In this document: one piece after another, positions 19,036-27,767 of the stretch
Numbering within the stretch: position 1 is the first letter of the stretch
How the letters are laid out: each line of letters opens with the position of its first letter
Origin: Nitrospinota bacterium
Lineage (GTDB): Bacteria > Nitrospinota > Nitrospinia > UBA9942
Reading direction: 5' to 3'
Length of the DNA stretch: 38,201 nt
NCBI GenBank assembly: GCA_003489165.1
Contig: DNJG01000077.1
Coordinates: 1 to 38,201, forward strand
The notes under the pieces: generated by a model
The model's input: only the letters and a program-made list of their open reading frames with translations
What the model was told of the DNA's origin: nothing
The model's database searches: none
Made by a program: the position numbers and the translations under genes

Positions 19036-20172
19036 ATGTTTGAAAAAATAGATTTAATAGTAGAGAGATATAACGAGATTACTGAGTTGATAAGCCGTCC
19101 TGAGATTATCTCAAGGCAGCAGGAATATCTGCGTCTTGTAAAAGAGCATGCAGAGTTATCTGATATTGTAAAAACATATCAGGGATATAAGAAGATAGTT
19201 AAGGAGACACAGGAGAGTGCTGCTCTGTTGAAAGATGAAGTTGATAAGGAATTAAGGGAACTGGTGGCAAGGGAGTTGGCTGAACTTGAGTTGAAAAGGA
19301 GTAAGTTGGAAGATGATTTAAAGATGCTCCTTATTCCAAAAGACCCTAATGATGAGAAGAATATCATTCTTGAGATAAGGGCTGGGACAGGTGGTGAAGA
19401 GGCGGCACTCTTTGCGGCTGACCTGTTTAAAATGTATTCAGCATACGCACAGAAACAAGGATGGAATGTGGATGTAATGAGCAGTAATGTTACAGGAAAG
19501 GGCGGTATTAAAGAGGTAATAGCGATGATAGAAGGCAAAGGGGTTTATAGCAAGCTGAAGTTCGAGAGCGGAATTCATAGGGTTCAGAGGGTTCCCGAGA
19601 CAGAGGCATTAGGTCGGGTGCATACATCTGCCGCAACTGTTGCAATACTCCCTGAGGCTGAGGAGATAGATGTAGTTATAGATATGAAAGATATTAGGGT
19701 TGATGTTTTCAGGTCTGGCGGACATGGCGGGCAGAGTGTAAACACAACCGACTCTGCCGTAAGGGTTACTCATATATCTACAGGAATAGTTGTATCCATG
19801 CAGGATGAAAAATCACAGCACAAAAATAAAGATAAAGCATTTAAGATACTCAGGGCAAGGCTTAAAGAAAGACAGGAAAAAGAGCAGTTTGATGCAAGGG
19901 CACTGGAGAGAAAAACTCAGGTTGGAAGCGGTGACAGGAGTGAGAAGATAAGGACATATAATTTTCCCCAGAATAGGGTTACCGACCATAGAATAGGATT
20001 AACTCTCCATAGACTTGATTCAATTTTAAAAGGTGATTTACAGGAGATAATTGATAAATTGATTATTGCCTACCAGACAGAGGCACTGAATTCAAAAGAG
20101 GATTCAAGGGTTCAAGGAGTCAAGGGATTGAGCGAAAAGAAAAGTCAAACACTTGAACCCTCGATCCCTTGA
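19036..20172 (+). CDS. prfA: Peptide chain release factor 1
   Basis: RF1 P-x-T motif (RVQRVPETE) and GGQ motif ([10 protein letters not shown]). The ATG at 19036 is preferred over the tracked TTG at 19012, which lies inside a repeat arm. The last ~25 codons are encoded by an octamer array. Confidence 0.93.
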   Translation: MFEKIDLIVERYNEITELISRPEIISRQQEYLRLVKEHAELSDIVKTYQGYKKIVKETQESAALLKDEVDKELRELVARELAELELKRSKLEDDLKMLLIPKDPNDEKNIILEIRAGTGGEEAALFAADLFKMYSAYAQKQGWNVDVMSSNVTGKGGIKEVIAMIEGKGVYSKLKFESGIHRVQRVPETEALGRVHTSAATVAILPEAEEIDVVIDMKDIRVDVFRSGGHGGQSVNTTDSAVRVTHISTGIVVSMQDEKSQHKNKDKAFKILRARLKERQEKEQFDARALERKTQVGSGDRSEKIRTYNFPQNRVTDHRIGLTLHRLDSILKGDLQEIIDKLIIAYQTEALNSKEDSRVQGVKGLSEKKSQTLEPSIP

Positions 20173-20184
20173 CCACTTGACCAC
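20102..20184. repeat. Inverted pair of octamer arrays (ATTCAAGG GTTCAAGG AGTCAAGG GATTGAGC ... ACTTGAAC CCTCGATC CCTTGACC ACTTGACC)
   Basis: The left arm encodes the PrfA C-terminal tail. The right arm spans the prfA stop (20170-20172) and the putative prmC start. Confidence 0.88.
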
Positions 20185-21148
20185 TATAATTTTAAGAGAT
20201 ATTCTTAATTGGGCAGCAGAATATCTCAAAAGTCATAATATCCCCTCTGCCCGCCTCGATTCAGAAGTCCTCCTTTCTTTTGTCTTGAATAAAGACCGCA
20301 CATATCTCTACGTAAATTCAGAAACCAGAATACAGAAGTCAGAAGTCAGAAGATTCAAAGAATTTATTGAGAGAAGGGGGATGATGGAGCCTGTAAGCTA
20401 TATTACAGGGGAGAAAGAATTCTGGTCACTCAAATTTAAGGTAACAAAGGATACCCTTATACCAAGACCAGAAACAGAGGTACTCGTTCAGACTGTTCTG
20501 GATATAATCAGAAGCCAGAAGTCAGAAGTCAGAAGTCAGAAGTCAGAAGCATGCCTTGAGCGAAGTCTAAAGGTTAAAAATCTTCAATCTCCAATCTTCA
20601 ATCCCATACGCATCCTTGACATTGGGACAGGTTCTGGAAATATTGCAGTTAGTATTGCAAAAGAGAGCCCGGAGTCTCATGTTTTTACAGTAGATAAGTC
20701 AGATAGTGCATTATCTGTTGCAAAGGAAAATGCAATAATTCATAATGTAGCAGGAAGGATTATCTTCTTAAAGGGTGATTTATATATTCCATTTAATCCT
20801 CCTGGCCCCCTTTTCATAAAGGAGGGTAAGGAGAGATTATTTGATATTATTGTATCAAATCCGCCTTATATACCAACATGTGATATAGAGGGATTAATGC
20901 CTGAGGTAAGGGACTGGGAGCCGAGATGGGCTCTTGACGGCGGAAAAGACGGATTGGAGATTATACAGAAAATAATAAAAGATGCGCCACTGTTCTTGGA
21001 ATCAGGTGGTTTTATAGCAATGGAGATAGGTTTTGGTCAGTATGAGGAGGTATCTCGTATTATTTCAGACATAGATAAATTTCATAATATAAAAACGATA
21101 AAAGATTTATCAGGGATTGAAAGGGTTGTTACTGCATGGAAAAGATAA
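20153..21148 (+). CDS. prmC: Release-factor glutamine N5-methyltransferase PrmC (HemK)
   Basis: SAM motif ILDIGTGSG and catalytic VSNPPYI. The start is uncertain: no ATG, only TTG candidates at 20153 and 20177, both inside a repeat arm. Contains in-frame heptamer arrays. Confidence 0.88.
   Translation: MNPRSLDHLTTIILRDILNWAAEYLKSHNIPSARLDSEVLLSFVLNKDRTYLYVNSETRIQKSEVRRFKEFIERRGMMEPVSYITGEKEFWSLKFKVTKDTLIPRPETEVLVQTVLDIIRSQKSEVRSQKSEACLERSLKVKNLQSPIFNPIRILDIGTGSGNIAVSIAKESPESHVFTVDKSDSALSVAKENAIIHNVAGRIIFLKGDLYIPFNPPGPLFIKEGKERLFDIIVSNPPYIPTCDIEGLMPEVRDWEPRWALDGGKDGLEIIQKIIKDAPLFLESGGFIAMEIGFGQYEEVSRIISDIDKFHNIKTIKDLSGIERVVTAWKR
20319..20353 (+). repeat. In-frame heptamer array in the prmC N-terminal domain (CAGAAAC CAGAATA CAGAAGT CAGAAGT CAGAAGA)
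   Basis: Read directly. Encodes [12 protein letters not shown]. Confidence 0.85.
20509..20601 (+). repeat. In-frame composite element in prmC: CAGAAGC (CAGAAGT)x4 CAGAAGC, a 30-nt spacer, then TCTTCAA TCTCCAA TCTTCAA
   Basis: Six units at 20509-20550 and three units at 20581-20601. Encodes [31 protein letters not shown] immediately before the SAM-binding ILDIGTGSG motif. Confidence 0.9.
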
Positions 21149-22389
21149 TTATTGAAGGGGGTGTAAAACTTAACGGGACTGTAAAGATCAGCGGGGCAAA
21201 AAATGCTGCCCTTCCTATTCTCCTATCATCTATCCTGACGGATAAAGAGAATAAGATACATAATGTCCCGAATCTAAAAGATGTAGATACAACATGCCAG
21301 CTACTAAAAGGGGCGGGTGTAAAAGTAGAAAGAAGCGGAGATGGGCAGGTCATTGTTGATGCATCAAGGATAAATAATACTGAAGCCTCGTATGATCTTG
21401 TGAGGACAATGAGGGCATCGGTTATGGTGCTTGGTCCGTTACTGGCAAGGCTTGGAAAGGCGAAGGTATCCCTGCCCGGAGGATGTGCAATTGGTGCAAG
21501 GCCTATAAACCTCCATTTGAAAGGTTTTGAGGCACTCGGTGTAAATATAAAACTTGAGCATGGATATGTTGTAGCGGAGGCAAAGAGGCTTAAGGGGAAC
21601 AGGATATATTTTGACATAGTAACAGTAACCGGGACAGAGAATATTATGATGGCAGGAGTCCTTGCCGAAGGGAAGACCATTATTGAAAATGCTGCAAAAG
21701 AGCCGGAGGTTGTCAATCTGGCTAACACGCTAAATTCTATGGGGGCATCAATAAAAGGGGCGGGGACCGATATTATAGAGATAAATGGTGTATCAAGACT
21801 GAATGGCGGAGAGCATACTGTAATACCTGACAGGATTGAGACAGGGACATTCATGGTGGCTGCAGCAATCACAGGTGGCGATGTTAAGATAACAAATTGT
21901 ATCCCTGAATATATTGAACCTGTAATTGTAAAACTGACTGAGGCAGGTGTAAATATAGATACATGGAAGGATTTTATAAGGGTGAAAGCAAATGGGAAGA
22001 TAAAAGCAGTAGATATTAAGACTTCCCCCTATCCTGCATTTCCAACAGATATGCAGGCACAGTTCATGTCACTCATGTCCATATCGGAAGGGATGAGCGT
22101 TATAACCGAGACAGTATTTGAAAACCGATTTATGCATGTTGCAGAACTTAGAAGAATGGGGGCTAATATAAAGGTAGAGGGGAATACTGCGGTTATAAAG
22201 GGTGTTCCGAAGTTGAGTGCGGCGCCTCTTATGGCAACGGATTTAAGGGCAAGTGCATCATTAATACTTGCAGGACTGGCGGCTGAGGGGGAGACAGTTA
22301 TAAGCCGTGTCTATCACCTTGACAGGGGATACGAGGCAATTGAGAAAAAATTATCGGTACTGGGGGCAAAGATAAGGAGAGTAAAATAG
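21136..22389 (+). CDS. murA: UDP-N-acetylglucosamine 1-carboxyvinyltransferase
   Basis: 417 aa. Motifs [20 protein letters not shown] (active-site Cys) and FPTDMQAQ. Confidence 0.97.
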   Translation: MEKIIIEGGVKLNGTVKISGAKNAALPILLSSILTDKENKIHNVPNLKDVDTTCQLLKGAGVKVERSGDGQVIVDASRINNTEASYDLVRTMRASVMVLGPLLARLGKAKVSLPGGCAIGARPINLHLKGFEALGVNIKLEHGYVVAEAKRLKGNRIYFDIVTVTGTENIMMAGVLAEGKTIIENAAKEPEVVNLANTLNSMGASIKGAGTDIIEINGVSRLNGGEHTVIPDRIETGTFMVAAAITGGDVKITNCIPEYIEPVIVKLTEAGVNIDTWKDFIRVKANGKIKAVDIKTSPYPAFPTDMQAQFMSLMSISEGMSVITETVFENRFMHVAELRRMGANIKVEGNTAVIKGVPKLSAAPLMATDLRASASLILAGLAAEGETVISRVYHLDRGYEAIEKKLSVLGAKIRRVK

Positions 22390-23027
22390 TGGATAAAATA
22401 ACTATAGCAATTCCAAAAGGCAGGAATTTAAAACCGTCTGTGGAGCTTTTTAAGTCAATAGGCTTAGATGGCTCTCCTATTTTAGAAGATACAAGAAGGC
22501 TTTTATTTGACCTTTCAAGAGAGAATGTGAAATTTCTTGTGATAAGAGATACTGATATACCCACCTATGTGGAGTATGGGGCTGCTGATATTGGTGTATC
22601 AGGAAAAGATGTCCTGACGGAGCAGGGGAGAGATATCTATGAACCTCTTGATTTGAAATTCGGTTTCTGCCGAATGGTGCTTGCTGAGCCTAAAGAGTTG
22701 AGGGCAGAGGATGACCCCTCCAAATGGACACATATAAGGGTTGCAACGAAATTTCCAAAAATCACAGAGAATTATTTCAGGAATAAGGGGATACAGGTGG
22801 AGATTGTAAAACTCTACGGCTCTATTGAACTCGCTCCGATAGTAGGGCTGTCAGAGAGGATTGTTGACCTTGTTTCATCAGGGCAAACACTAAAAGAGAA
22901 CGGCCTTGTAGAGGTTGAGGAGATTATGAAGATTACAGCGAGGCTGATAGTCAACAGGGCAAGCCTTAAGACTAAATATGAGAGGATAAATAATGTAATT
23001 GAGGAATTGAGGAGTATTATATCGTGA
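22389..23027 (+). CDS. hisG: ATP phosphoribosyltransferase, short form
   Basis: 212 aa. Motifs IAIPKGR, ADIGVSGKD and DLVSSGQTL. The GTG start overlaps the murA stop by 1 nt. The short form normally partners HisZ, which is not in this window. Confidence 0.92.
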   Translation: MDKITIAIPKGRNLKPSVELFKSIGLDGSPILEDTRRLLFDLSRENVKFLVIRDTDIPTYVEYGAADIGVSGKDVLTEQGRDIYEPLDLKFGFCRMVLAEPKELRAEDDPSKWTHIRVATKFPKITENYFRNKGIQVEIVKLYGSIELAPIVGLSERIVDLVSSGQTLKENGLVEVEEIMKITARLIVNRASLKTKYERINNVIEELRSIIS

Positions 23028-23134
23028 AAACCGTTTTTTTCGCTTCCGTTATTTTTCTTTTGCTTTACTCTGTCAGATTTTTACATTAAGGAACAAAAGA
23101 AAGAATAAAAAGTCGCTCAAAAAAGATTTTCACG
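23023..23134. repeat. Long imperfect inverted repeat (T-rich arm CGTGAAAACCGTTTTTTTCGCTTCCGTTATTTTTCTTTTG / A-rich arm CAAAAGAAAGAATAAAAAGTCGCTCAAAAAAGATTTTCACG)
   Basis: hisG-hisD spacer. Arms are ~40 nt with a ~31-nt loop. The left arm starts within the last hisG codons. The 7-nt period is not obvious here. Confidence 0.7.
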
Positions 23135-23157
23135 ATTTGGTGTTGAGGTGATAGCAG

Positions 23158-24441
23158 ATGAAAATAATTAAATCATGGGAAGATGGATTTGATGAAGCCC
23201 TCAATAGGATTGTAAATAGGGGGAGAATTGGCAGGGCAGATGTAGAGGCTTCTGTCCGGAATATCATAAATCAGGTGAGGGAAAAAGGCGATGAGGCGGT
23301 CATAAAATTTACAAAGAAATTTGATAATTACCATCTTTCACCTGAAAATATAAAGGTATCAGGAGAGGAGATTGAAAATGCCTATGCATCAATAGACAAG
23401 AAGATTTTAGAGCATTTAAGATTTACTGCCGAGAGGATAAAAAAATTTCATGAGCATCAGGTGGAGAAGTCTTGGAGTTATAAGGAAGAAGGCATACTGC
23501 TCGGACAGGTTATAAGACCACTTGCTATTGCCGGGGTATATGCGCCTGGCGGCAAGGCATCATATCCGTCTTCTGTATTAATGAATGTCATTCCTGCAAA
23601 AGTTGCCGGTGTAAAAAAAGTTGTTATGTGTACACCTGCATCGGCAGGAAGGCTGAATCCGTATGTGCTTATAGCGGCAGATATAGTTGGTGTTGACGAA
23701 ATATTCTGTATTGGAGGTGCACAGGCAATAGCTGCTATGGCTTACGGGACAGAAACTATTCCAAAAGTGGATAAGATTGTTGGGCCTGGCAATGTATATG
23801 TGGCAGAGGCAAAGAGGATGGTTTTTGGGGATGTAGATATTGATATGGTGGCAGGACCAAGCGAGATACTTATTATAGCTGATAAAAGTGCAAGGGCTGA
23901 TTTCATTGCAGCAGACCTTCTCTCTCAGGCGGAGCATGATGAACTATCATATCCTCTGCTCATAACAGATTCTTTGGATTTAGCCACTGATGTAGTAAAG
24001 GAGCTTGATATTCAGAAAAAATCACTTAGCCGTTCTGAAATTATAGATAATTGTCTAAAGAACAATTGTATCTGTTTTATAGTGAGAAATATTGAGGATG
24101 GTATAACCCTATCAAATAAGATTGCCCCTGAACATTTAGAATTGATGATAGAAGACTCTGATGAGATGATTGATAAAGTCAAAAATGCTGGTGCCATATT
24201 TCTTGGCAAGTTTACACCTGAGGCAGTCGGTGATTATGCGGCAGGGCCCAATCATGTATTGCCGACAGGAGGGACTGCGAGATTTTTTTCGCCTCTTGGG
24301 GTTTATGACTTTGTGAAGAGGTCAAGCCTCATATCCTTTAACGAGAAGTCTTTAAAGGATATTGCACCTACTGTAAAAGGCATAGCTGAGGCAGAGGGTT
24401 TAACAGCCCATGCAAAGGCGGTAGAGATACGCCTTAAATAA
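23158..24441 (+). CDS. hisD: Histidinol dehydrogenase
   Basis: 427 aa. Motifs [27 protein letters not shown] and GPNHVLPT. Confidence 0.97.
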   Translation: MKIIKSWEDGFDEALNRIVNRGRIGRADVEASVRNIINQVREKGDEAVIKFTKKFDNYHLSPENIKVSGEEIENAYASIDKKILEHLRFTAERIKKFHEHQVEKSWSYKEEGILLGQVIRPLAIAGVYAPGGKASYPSSVLMNVIPAKVAGVKKVVMCTPASAGRLNPYVLIAADIVGVDEIFCIGGAQAIAAMAYGTETIPKVDKIVGPGNVYVAEAKRMVFGDVDIDMVAGPSEILIIADKSARADFIAADLLSQAEHDELSYPLLITDSLDLATDVVKELDIQKKSLSRSEIIDNCLKNNCICFIVRNIEDGITLSNKIAPEHLELMIEDSDEMIDKVKNAGAIFLGKFTPEAVGDYAAGPNHVLPTGGTARFFSPLGVYDFVKRSSLISFNEKSLKDIAPTVKGIAEAEGLTAHAKAVEIRLK

Positions 24442-24566
24442 CCAAACACCAATACTAATCACCAAATAAACTCCAATTACCAATAATCAAAAGGTTATAT
24501 GTTTGGTTATTGGTGATTGAATCATTGGTTATTATTTGGCTTTTGTGATTTGGGTATTGGTTATTA
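24441..24566. repeat. Inverted pair of heptamer arrays (ACCAAAC ACCAATA CTAATC ACCAAAT ... CAATAAT / GTTTGGT TATTGGT GATTGA ... TGGGTAT TGGTTAT)
   Basis: Fills the hisD-hisC spacer. The cores ACCAA/TTGGT are complementary. Confidence 0.88.
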
Positions 24567-24575
24567 TTTTGAGTT

Positions 24576-25634
24576 ATGATTGACATCAAAAGTTTTGTAA
24601 AAAAAGAGGTCAAGGAGCTCAAGCCCTATCACATAGAGAATACCCCATGCAGAATCAAGCTTGATGCAATGGAGAATCCTTATCCTCTGTCTGAGGCTCT
24701 GATGAAAAAGGTTGTGGAAGGTATTAAGGGGATAAAGATAAACCGCTATCCCGACCCTCTTGCATCAAGACTTAAAGACATTATCTCATTGCATGTTAAA
24801 ACTCCTGTAGACAATATAATAATAGGAAATGGTTCTGACGAACTCATTCAGTTAATTCTGACTGCATTTGGAGGGCATGGGGATAGGGTTCTTTTACCAA
24901 TTCCCACATTTTCTATGTATGGGATTATTGCAATGTCTCTGTCCCTTATGCCTGAAGGTGTCTCTTTGGGTAAGAATTGGGCACTTCCGTTGGACAAATT
25001 CTTATCCAATATGGAGAGAATTAAACCGAAGGTTATTTTTATCAGCTATCCAAACAATCCTACAGGAAACTCATTTGATAAAGAATCAATTTTAAAGGTA
25101 TTGGAAAAAACGACTGGCATTGTTGTAATAGATGAAGCATATTATGATTTTTCAAGGAAGACATTTTTGCCATATCTGAAAGAGTGTAAGAATTTAATCA
25201 TTTTAAGGACTCTTTCAAAAATAGGAATGGCAGGCTTGAGGGTTGGATATTTGATGGCGGATAAGGAGATTTGCCAAGAGCTAAATAAGGTTAGGCTTCC
25301 ATATAATTCCAATGCTCTTTCACAGGAGATATCAAGTATAATTTTAGAGAACAGAACAGAAATTCAAAAACAGATAGGAGCTATTATATCGGAAAGAGAT
25401 AAGCTTATGGAGGGGCTTAAAGAAATTGAGGGTATTGAACCATATCCTTCAGAGACAAACTTTATCCTGTTTAAAGTAGATAGAAACAGCAAAGAGGTCT
25501 TTGATAGATTATCAGACAATGGTATACTTATCAGAAATTTTGGCAATGACAATTATCTGAAAGATTGCTTGAGGGTTACAATAGGCACTCCGGAAGAGAA
25601 TAATGAATTTTTAGATACAATAAGAAAATTATAG
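24576..25634 (+). CDS. hisC: Histidinol-phosphate aminotransferase
   Basis: 352 aa. Motifs NENPYP, YPNNPTG and the PLP-lysine motif TLSKIGMAGLRVGY. Confidence 0.95.
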   Translation: MIDIKSFVKKEVKELKPYHIENTPCRIKLDAMENPYPLSEALMKKVVEGIKGIKINRYPDPLASRLKDIISLHVKTPVDNIIIGNGSDELIQLILTAFGGHGDRVLLPIPTFSMYGIIAMSLSLMPEGVSLGKNWALPLDKFLSNMERIKPKVIFISYPNNPTGNSFDKESILKVLEKTTGIVVIDEAYYDFSRKTFLPYLKECKNLIILRTLSKIGMAGLRVGYLMADKEICQELNKVRLPYNSNALSQEISSIILENRTEIQKQIGAIISERDKLMEGLKEIEGIEPYPSETNFILFKVDRNSKEVFDRLSDNGILIRNFGNDNYLKDCLRVTIGTPEENNEFLDTIRKL

Positions 25635-25648
25635 CATAGGAGGACAAA

Positions 25649-26236
25649 ATGGAGAGGAAGGCTGAGGTTAAAAGAAAGACGAAAGAGACAGATATTAGCG
25701 TTTGTTTAAAATTAAATGGCAGGGGTGAATATAAGGTAAATACTGCTGTCCCATTTTTAGACCACATGCTTTCTCAGATTGCAAAGCATGGTCTTTTTGA
25801 TATGGAGATTAATGCAAAGGGTGATACGGATGTAGATTTTCATCACACTGTTGAAGATGTAGGGATAGCACTCGGAGATGCATTTAAGAAAGCACTTGGA
25901 GAAAAGGTGGGTATAAAAAGATATGGGCACGCAGTGATACCTTTGAATGAAGCGCTCTCAATGGTTTCAGTGGATATAAGCGGGAGACCATTTATTGTCT
26001 ATAATGTCAAGATGCCAAAAGAAAAGGTTGGAGAATTTGATGTAGAGTTGACAGAGGAATTTTTCAGGGCATTTGCAAATAGCAGCGGTATGAGTCTGCA
26101 TATAAATATGATATATGGGAATAATCTCCACCATATAATTGAATCAATCTTCAAAGCAGCAGCAAGGGCATTAGATGAGGCCACCTCCTTAGATGAAAGA
26201 GTAAAGGGGATACCCTCTACGAAGGGAAAACTGTAA
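25649..26236 (+). CDS. hisB: Imidazoleglycerol-phosphate dehydratase
   Basis: 195 aa. Motifs [24 protein letters not shown] and NLHHIIES. Confidence 0.97.
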   Translation: MERKAEVKRKTKETDISVCLKLNGRGEYKVNTAVPFLDHMLSQIAKHGLFDMEINAKGDTDVDFHHTVEDVGIALGDAFKKALGEKVGIKRYGHAVIPLNEALSMVSVDISGRPFIVYNVKMPKEKVGEFDVELTEEFFRAFANSSGMSLHINMIYGNNLHHIIESIFKAAARALDEATSLDERVKGIPSTKGKL

Positions 26237-26243
26237 AAGCAGG

Positions 26244-26310
26244 GGTTAGGGATTAGGGGATAGGGGTTAGTAAAAAAACTAATCCCAAGTCCCTAACTCC
26301 AAGTCCCTAA
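26244..26310. repeat. Inverted pair of heptamer arrays (GGTTAGG GATTAGG GGATAGG GGTTAGT ... ACTAATC CCAAGTC CCTAACT CCAAGTC CCTAA)
   Basis: hisB-hisH spacer. The G-rich arm also satisfies a G-quadruplex motif (see findings). Confidence 0.88.
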
Positions 26311-26314
26311 TTCT

Positions 26315-26986
26315 ATGATTGCAATAATAGACTACGGAATGGGTAATTTGAGGAGTGTCCAGAAGGGGTTTGAGAGGGTTGGACATGAAGCTGTTGTAAC
26401 AAATAATCCCCAAGAGATACTTTCTGCTGATGGAGTTGTCTTGCCCGGTGTTGGTGCATTTAAAGACTGCATGAGGAATTTAGAAAATGGCAGATTGATT
26501 GATACTGTATATAAGGTTATAGAAAATGGTAAACCCTTCCTTGGCATCTGTCTTGGTCTTCAGCTTTTGTTCACAGAAAGTGAGGAATTTGGTATTCATA
26601 AAGGTTTGGATATTGTTAAGGGTAGAGTTGTAAAATTCTCTTTTAATACTCCGAACTCCGAACTCCAAACTCCGAACTTTAAAGTTCCCCACATGGGATG
26701 GAATAGCATAAAAAAGAGTGGTCAGTGGTCAGTGGTCAGTGGTCAGAAAAACCAATTTTCATCTATTTATGAAGGGATACCTGACAACTCCTTTTTTTAT
26801 TTTGTCCATTCCTATTATGTAATACCGGAAGATGATGATGTTATAGCATCCACGACTGACTATGGGGTTGAGTTTGTTTCAAGCATCTATAAGGATAATA
26901 TCTTCGCCTGCCAGTTTCATCCCGAGAAGAGTCAGGAAGCCGGCTTAAAGTTGCTAAAGAATTTTGGAGATTTTTGTAAATGTTAA
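26315..26986 (+). CDS. hisH: Imidazole glycerol phosphate synthase, glutamine amidotransferase subunit
   Basis: 223 aa. Motifs IAIIDYGMGN, nucleophile elbow GICLGLQLL, VPHMGWN and QFHPEKS. Two in-frame heptamer arrays flank VPHMGWN. Confidence 0.95.
   Translation: MIAIIDYGMGNLRSVQKGFERVGHEAVVTNNPQEILSADGVVLPGVGAFKDCMRNLENGRLIDTVYKVIENGKPFLGICLGLQLLFTESEEFGIHKGLDIVKGRVVKFSFNTPNSELQTPNFKVPHMGWNSIKKSGQWSVVSGQKNQFSSIYEGIPDNSFFYFVHSYYVIPEDDDVIASTTDYGVEFVSSIYKDNIFACQFHPEKSQEAGLKLLKNFGDFCKC
26648..26678 (+). repeat. In-frame heptamer array in hisH (ACTCCGA ACTCCGA ACTCCAA ACTCCGA ACT)
   Basis: Read directly. Encodes TPNSELQTPN just before the conserved KVPHMGWN. Confidence 0.92.
26718..26746 (+). 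repeat. In-frame perfect heptamer array in hisH (GTGGTCA x4 + G)
   Basis: Read directly. Encodes SGQWSVVSGQ just after the conserved VPHMGWN. Confidence 0.92.
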
Positions 26987-27720
26987 TAATTCCAGCAATT
27001 GATATAAAAGGCGGCAGGTGTGTAAGGCTCTTTCAGGGGAGGATGGAGCAGGAGACCGTGTATTCAGATGACCCTGTATCAGTTGCAAAGAGATGGGAGG
27101 ATGAGGGGGCTGAGTTTCTTCATATTGTAGATTTAGATGGTGCCGTATCTGGTGTCCCAAAAAATAAGGAGATAATAGAAAGCATAATAAAATCAGTAAA
27201 AATTCCTCTGGAAGTTGGCGGAGGAATAAGAAATATAGAAACTATAAAAGAGTATTTTTCCATAGGGGCTAAAAAGGTTGTAATTGGGACAGTTGCATGG
27301 GAAAATCCTATCCTTATTAGTGAAGTCTGCAAGGTGTTTCCTGAAAGGATTATCGTGGGAATAGATGCTAAAAATGGTAATGTGGCAGTGAGGGGGTGGG
27401 AAGATGTTACTGATACATCTGCCTCTGAATTGGCAAAAAGGTTTGAAGGTATGGGTATATCAGGTATTATATATACAGATATAAGCAGGGATGGAACTCT
27501 TTCAGGACCCAATATAGATTCAATTAAGTTTTTTGCAAAATCAATTAGCATTCCCGTAATTGCATCAGGAGGGGTGTCGGATATTAACGATATAAAAAAT
27601 ATTATGAAACTAAAAAAACATGGAGTGGATGGGGTGATAATTGGGAAGGCGCTTTACAGCGGTTCTGTGAATTTAAGAGAGGCAATTAAGTTAGTGGGTA
27701 GTGAAAATTTCGGTGAATAG
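26980..27720 (+). CDS. hisA: 1-(5-phosphoribosyl)-5-[(5-phosphoribosylamino)methylideneamino]imidazole-4-carboxamide isomerase
   Basis: 246 aa. Motifs IIPAIDIKGGRCVRL, HIVDLDGA, VGGGIR and ASGGV. The C-terminal ~9 codons lie in a repeat arm. Confidence 0.95.
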   Translation: MLIIPAIDIKGGRCVRLFQGRMEQETVYSDDPVSVAKRWEDEGAEFLHIVDLDGAVSGVPKNKEIIESIIKSVKIPLEVGGGIRNIETIKEYFSIGAKKVVIGTVAWENPILISEVCKVFPERIIVGIDAKNGNVAVRGWEDVTDTSASELAKRFEGMGISGIIYTDISRDGTLSGPNIDSIKFFAKSISIPVIASGGVSDINDIKNIMKLKKHGVDGVIIGKALYSGSVNLREAIKLVGSENFGE

Positions 27721-27767
27721 TCGTCAGTAAAAACTATTCACTATTCACTAACTACTAATGACTAATC
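27692..27767. repeat. Inverted pair of heptamer arrays (TAGTGGG TAGTGAA AATTTCG GTGAATA GTCGTCA GTAAAAA / CTATTCA CTATTCA CTAACTA CTAATGA CTAATC)
   Basis: The left arm covers the last ~9 hisA codons and its stop. The right arm ends at the hisF ATG. Confidence 0.85.

Noticed and set aside
21129-21872. 247-aa antisense ORF opposite murA, and similar long antisense ORFs at 10140-10475, 5867-6427, 27120-27551, 34817-35254, 6861-7358 and 628-930
   Set aside because: All lie opposite ORFs with unmistakable conserved-enzyme motifs. Their translations are low-complexity (Ser/Ile/Phe/Pro-rich) and lack recognisable motifs. This is typical of shadow ORFs in AT-rich DNA.
22300-22400. Histidine attenuator leader or T-box upstream of hisG
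   Set aside because: The hisG start overlaps the murA stop by 1 nt, so there is no leader region. No His-codon-rich leader peptide is visible.
24441-24566. Apparent unit-by-unit complement in direct order between the two arms, which would be incompatible with a simple hairpin
   Set aside because: On re-alignment, the conventional reverse-complement (hairpin) register fits about as well, because the units are so similar. The observation is not decisive by eye and is not claimed.
26242-26270. TTAGGG-like tract as a telomere or telomere-derived sequence
   Set aside because: It is an internal 29-nt tract between two his genes, paired with its own complement. It is one member of the local heptamer-array family and not a chromosome end.
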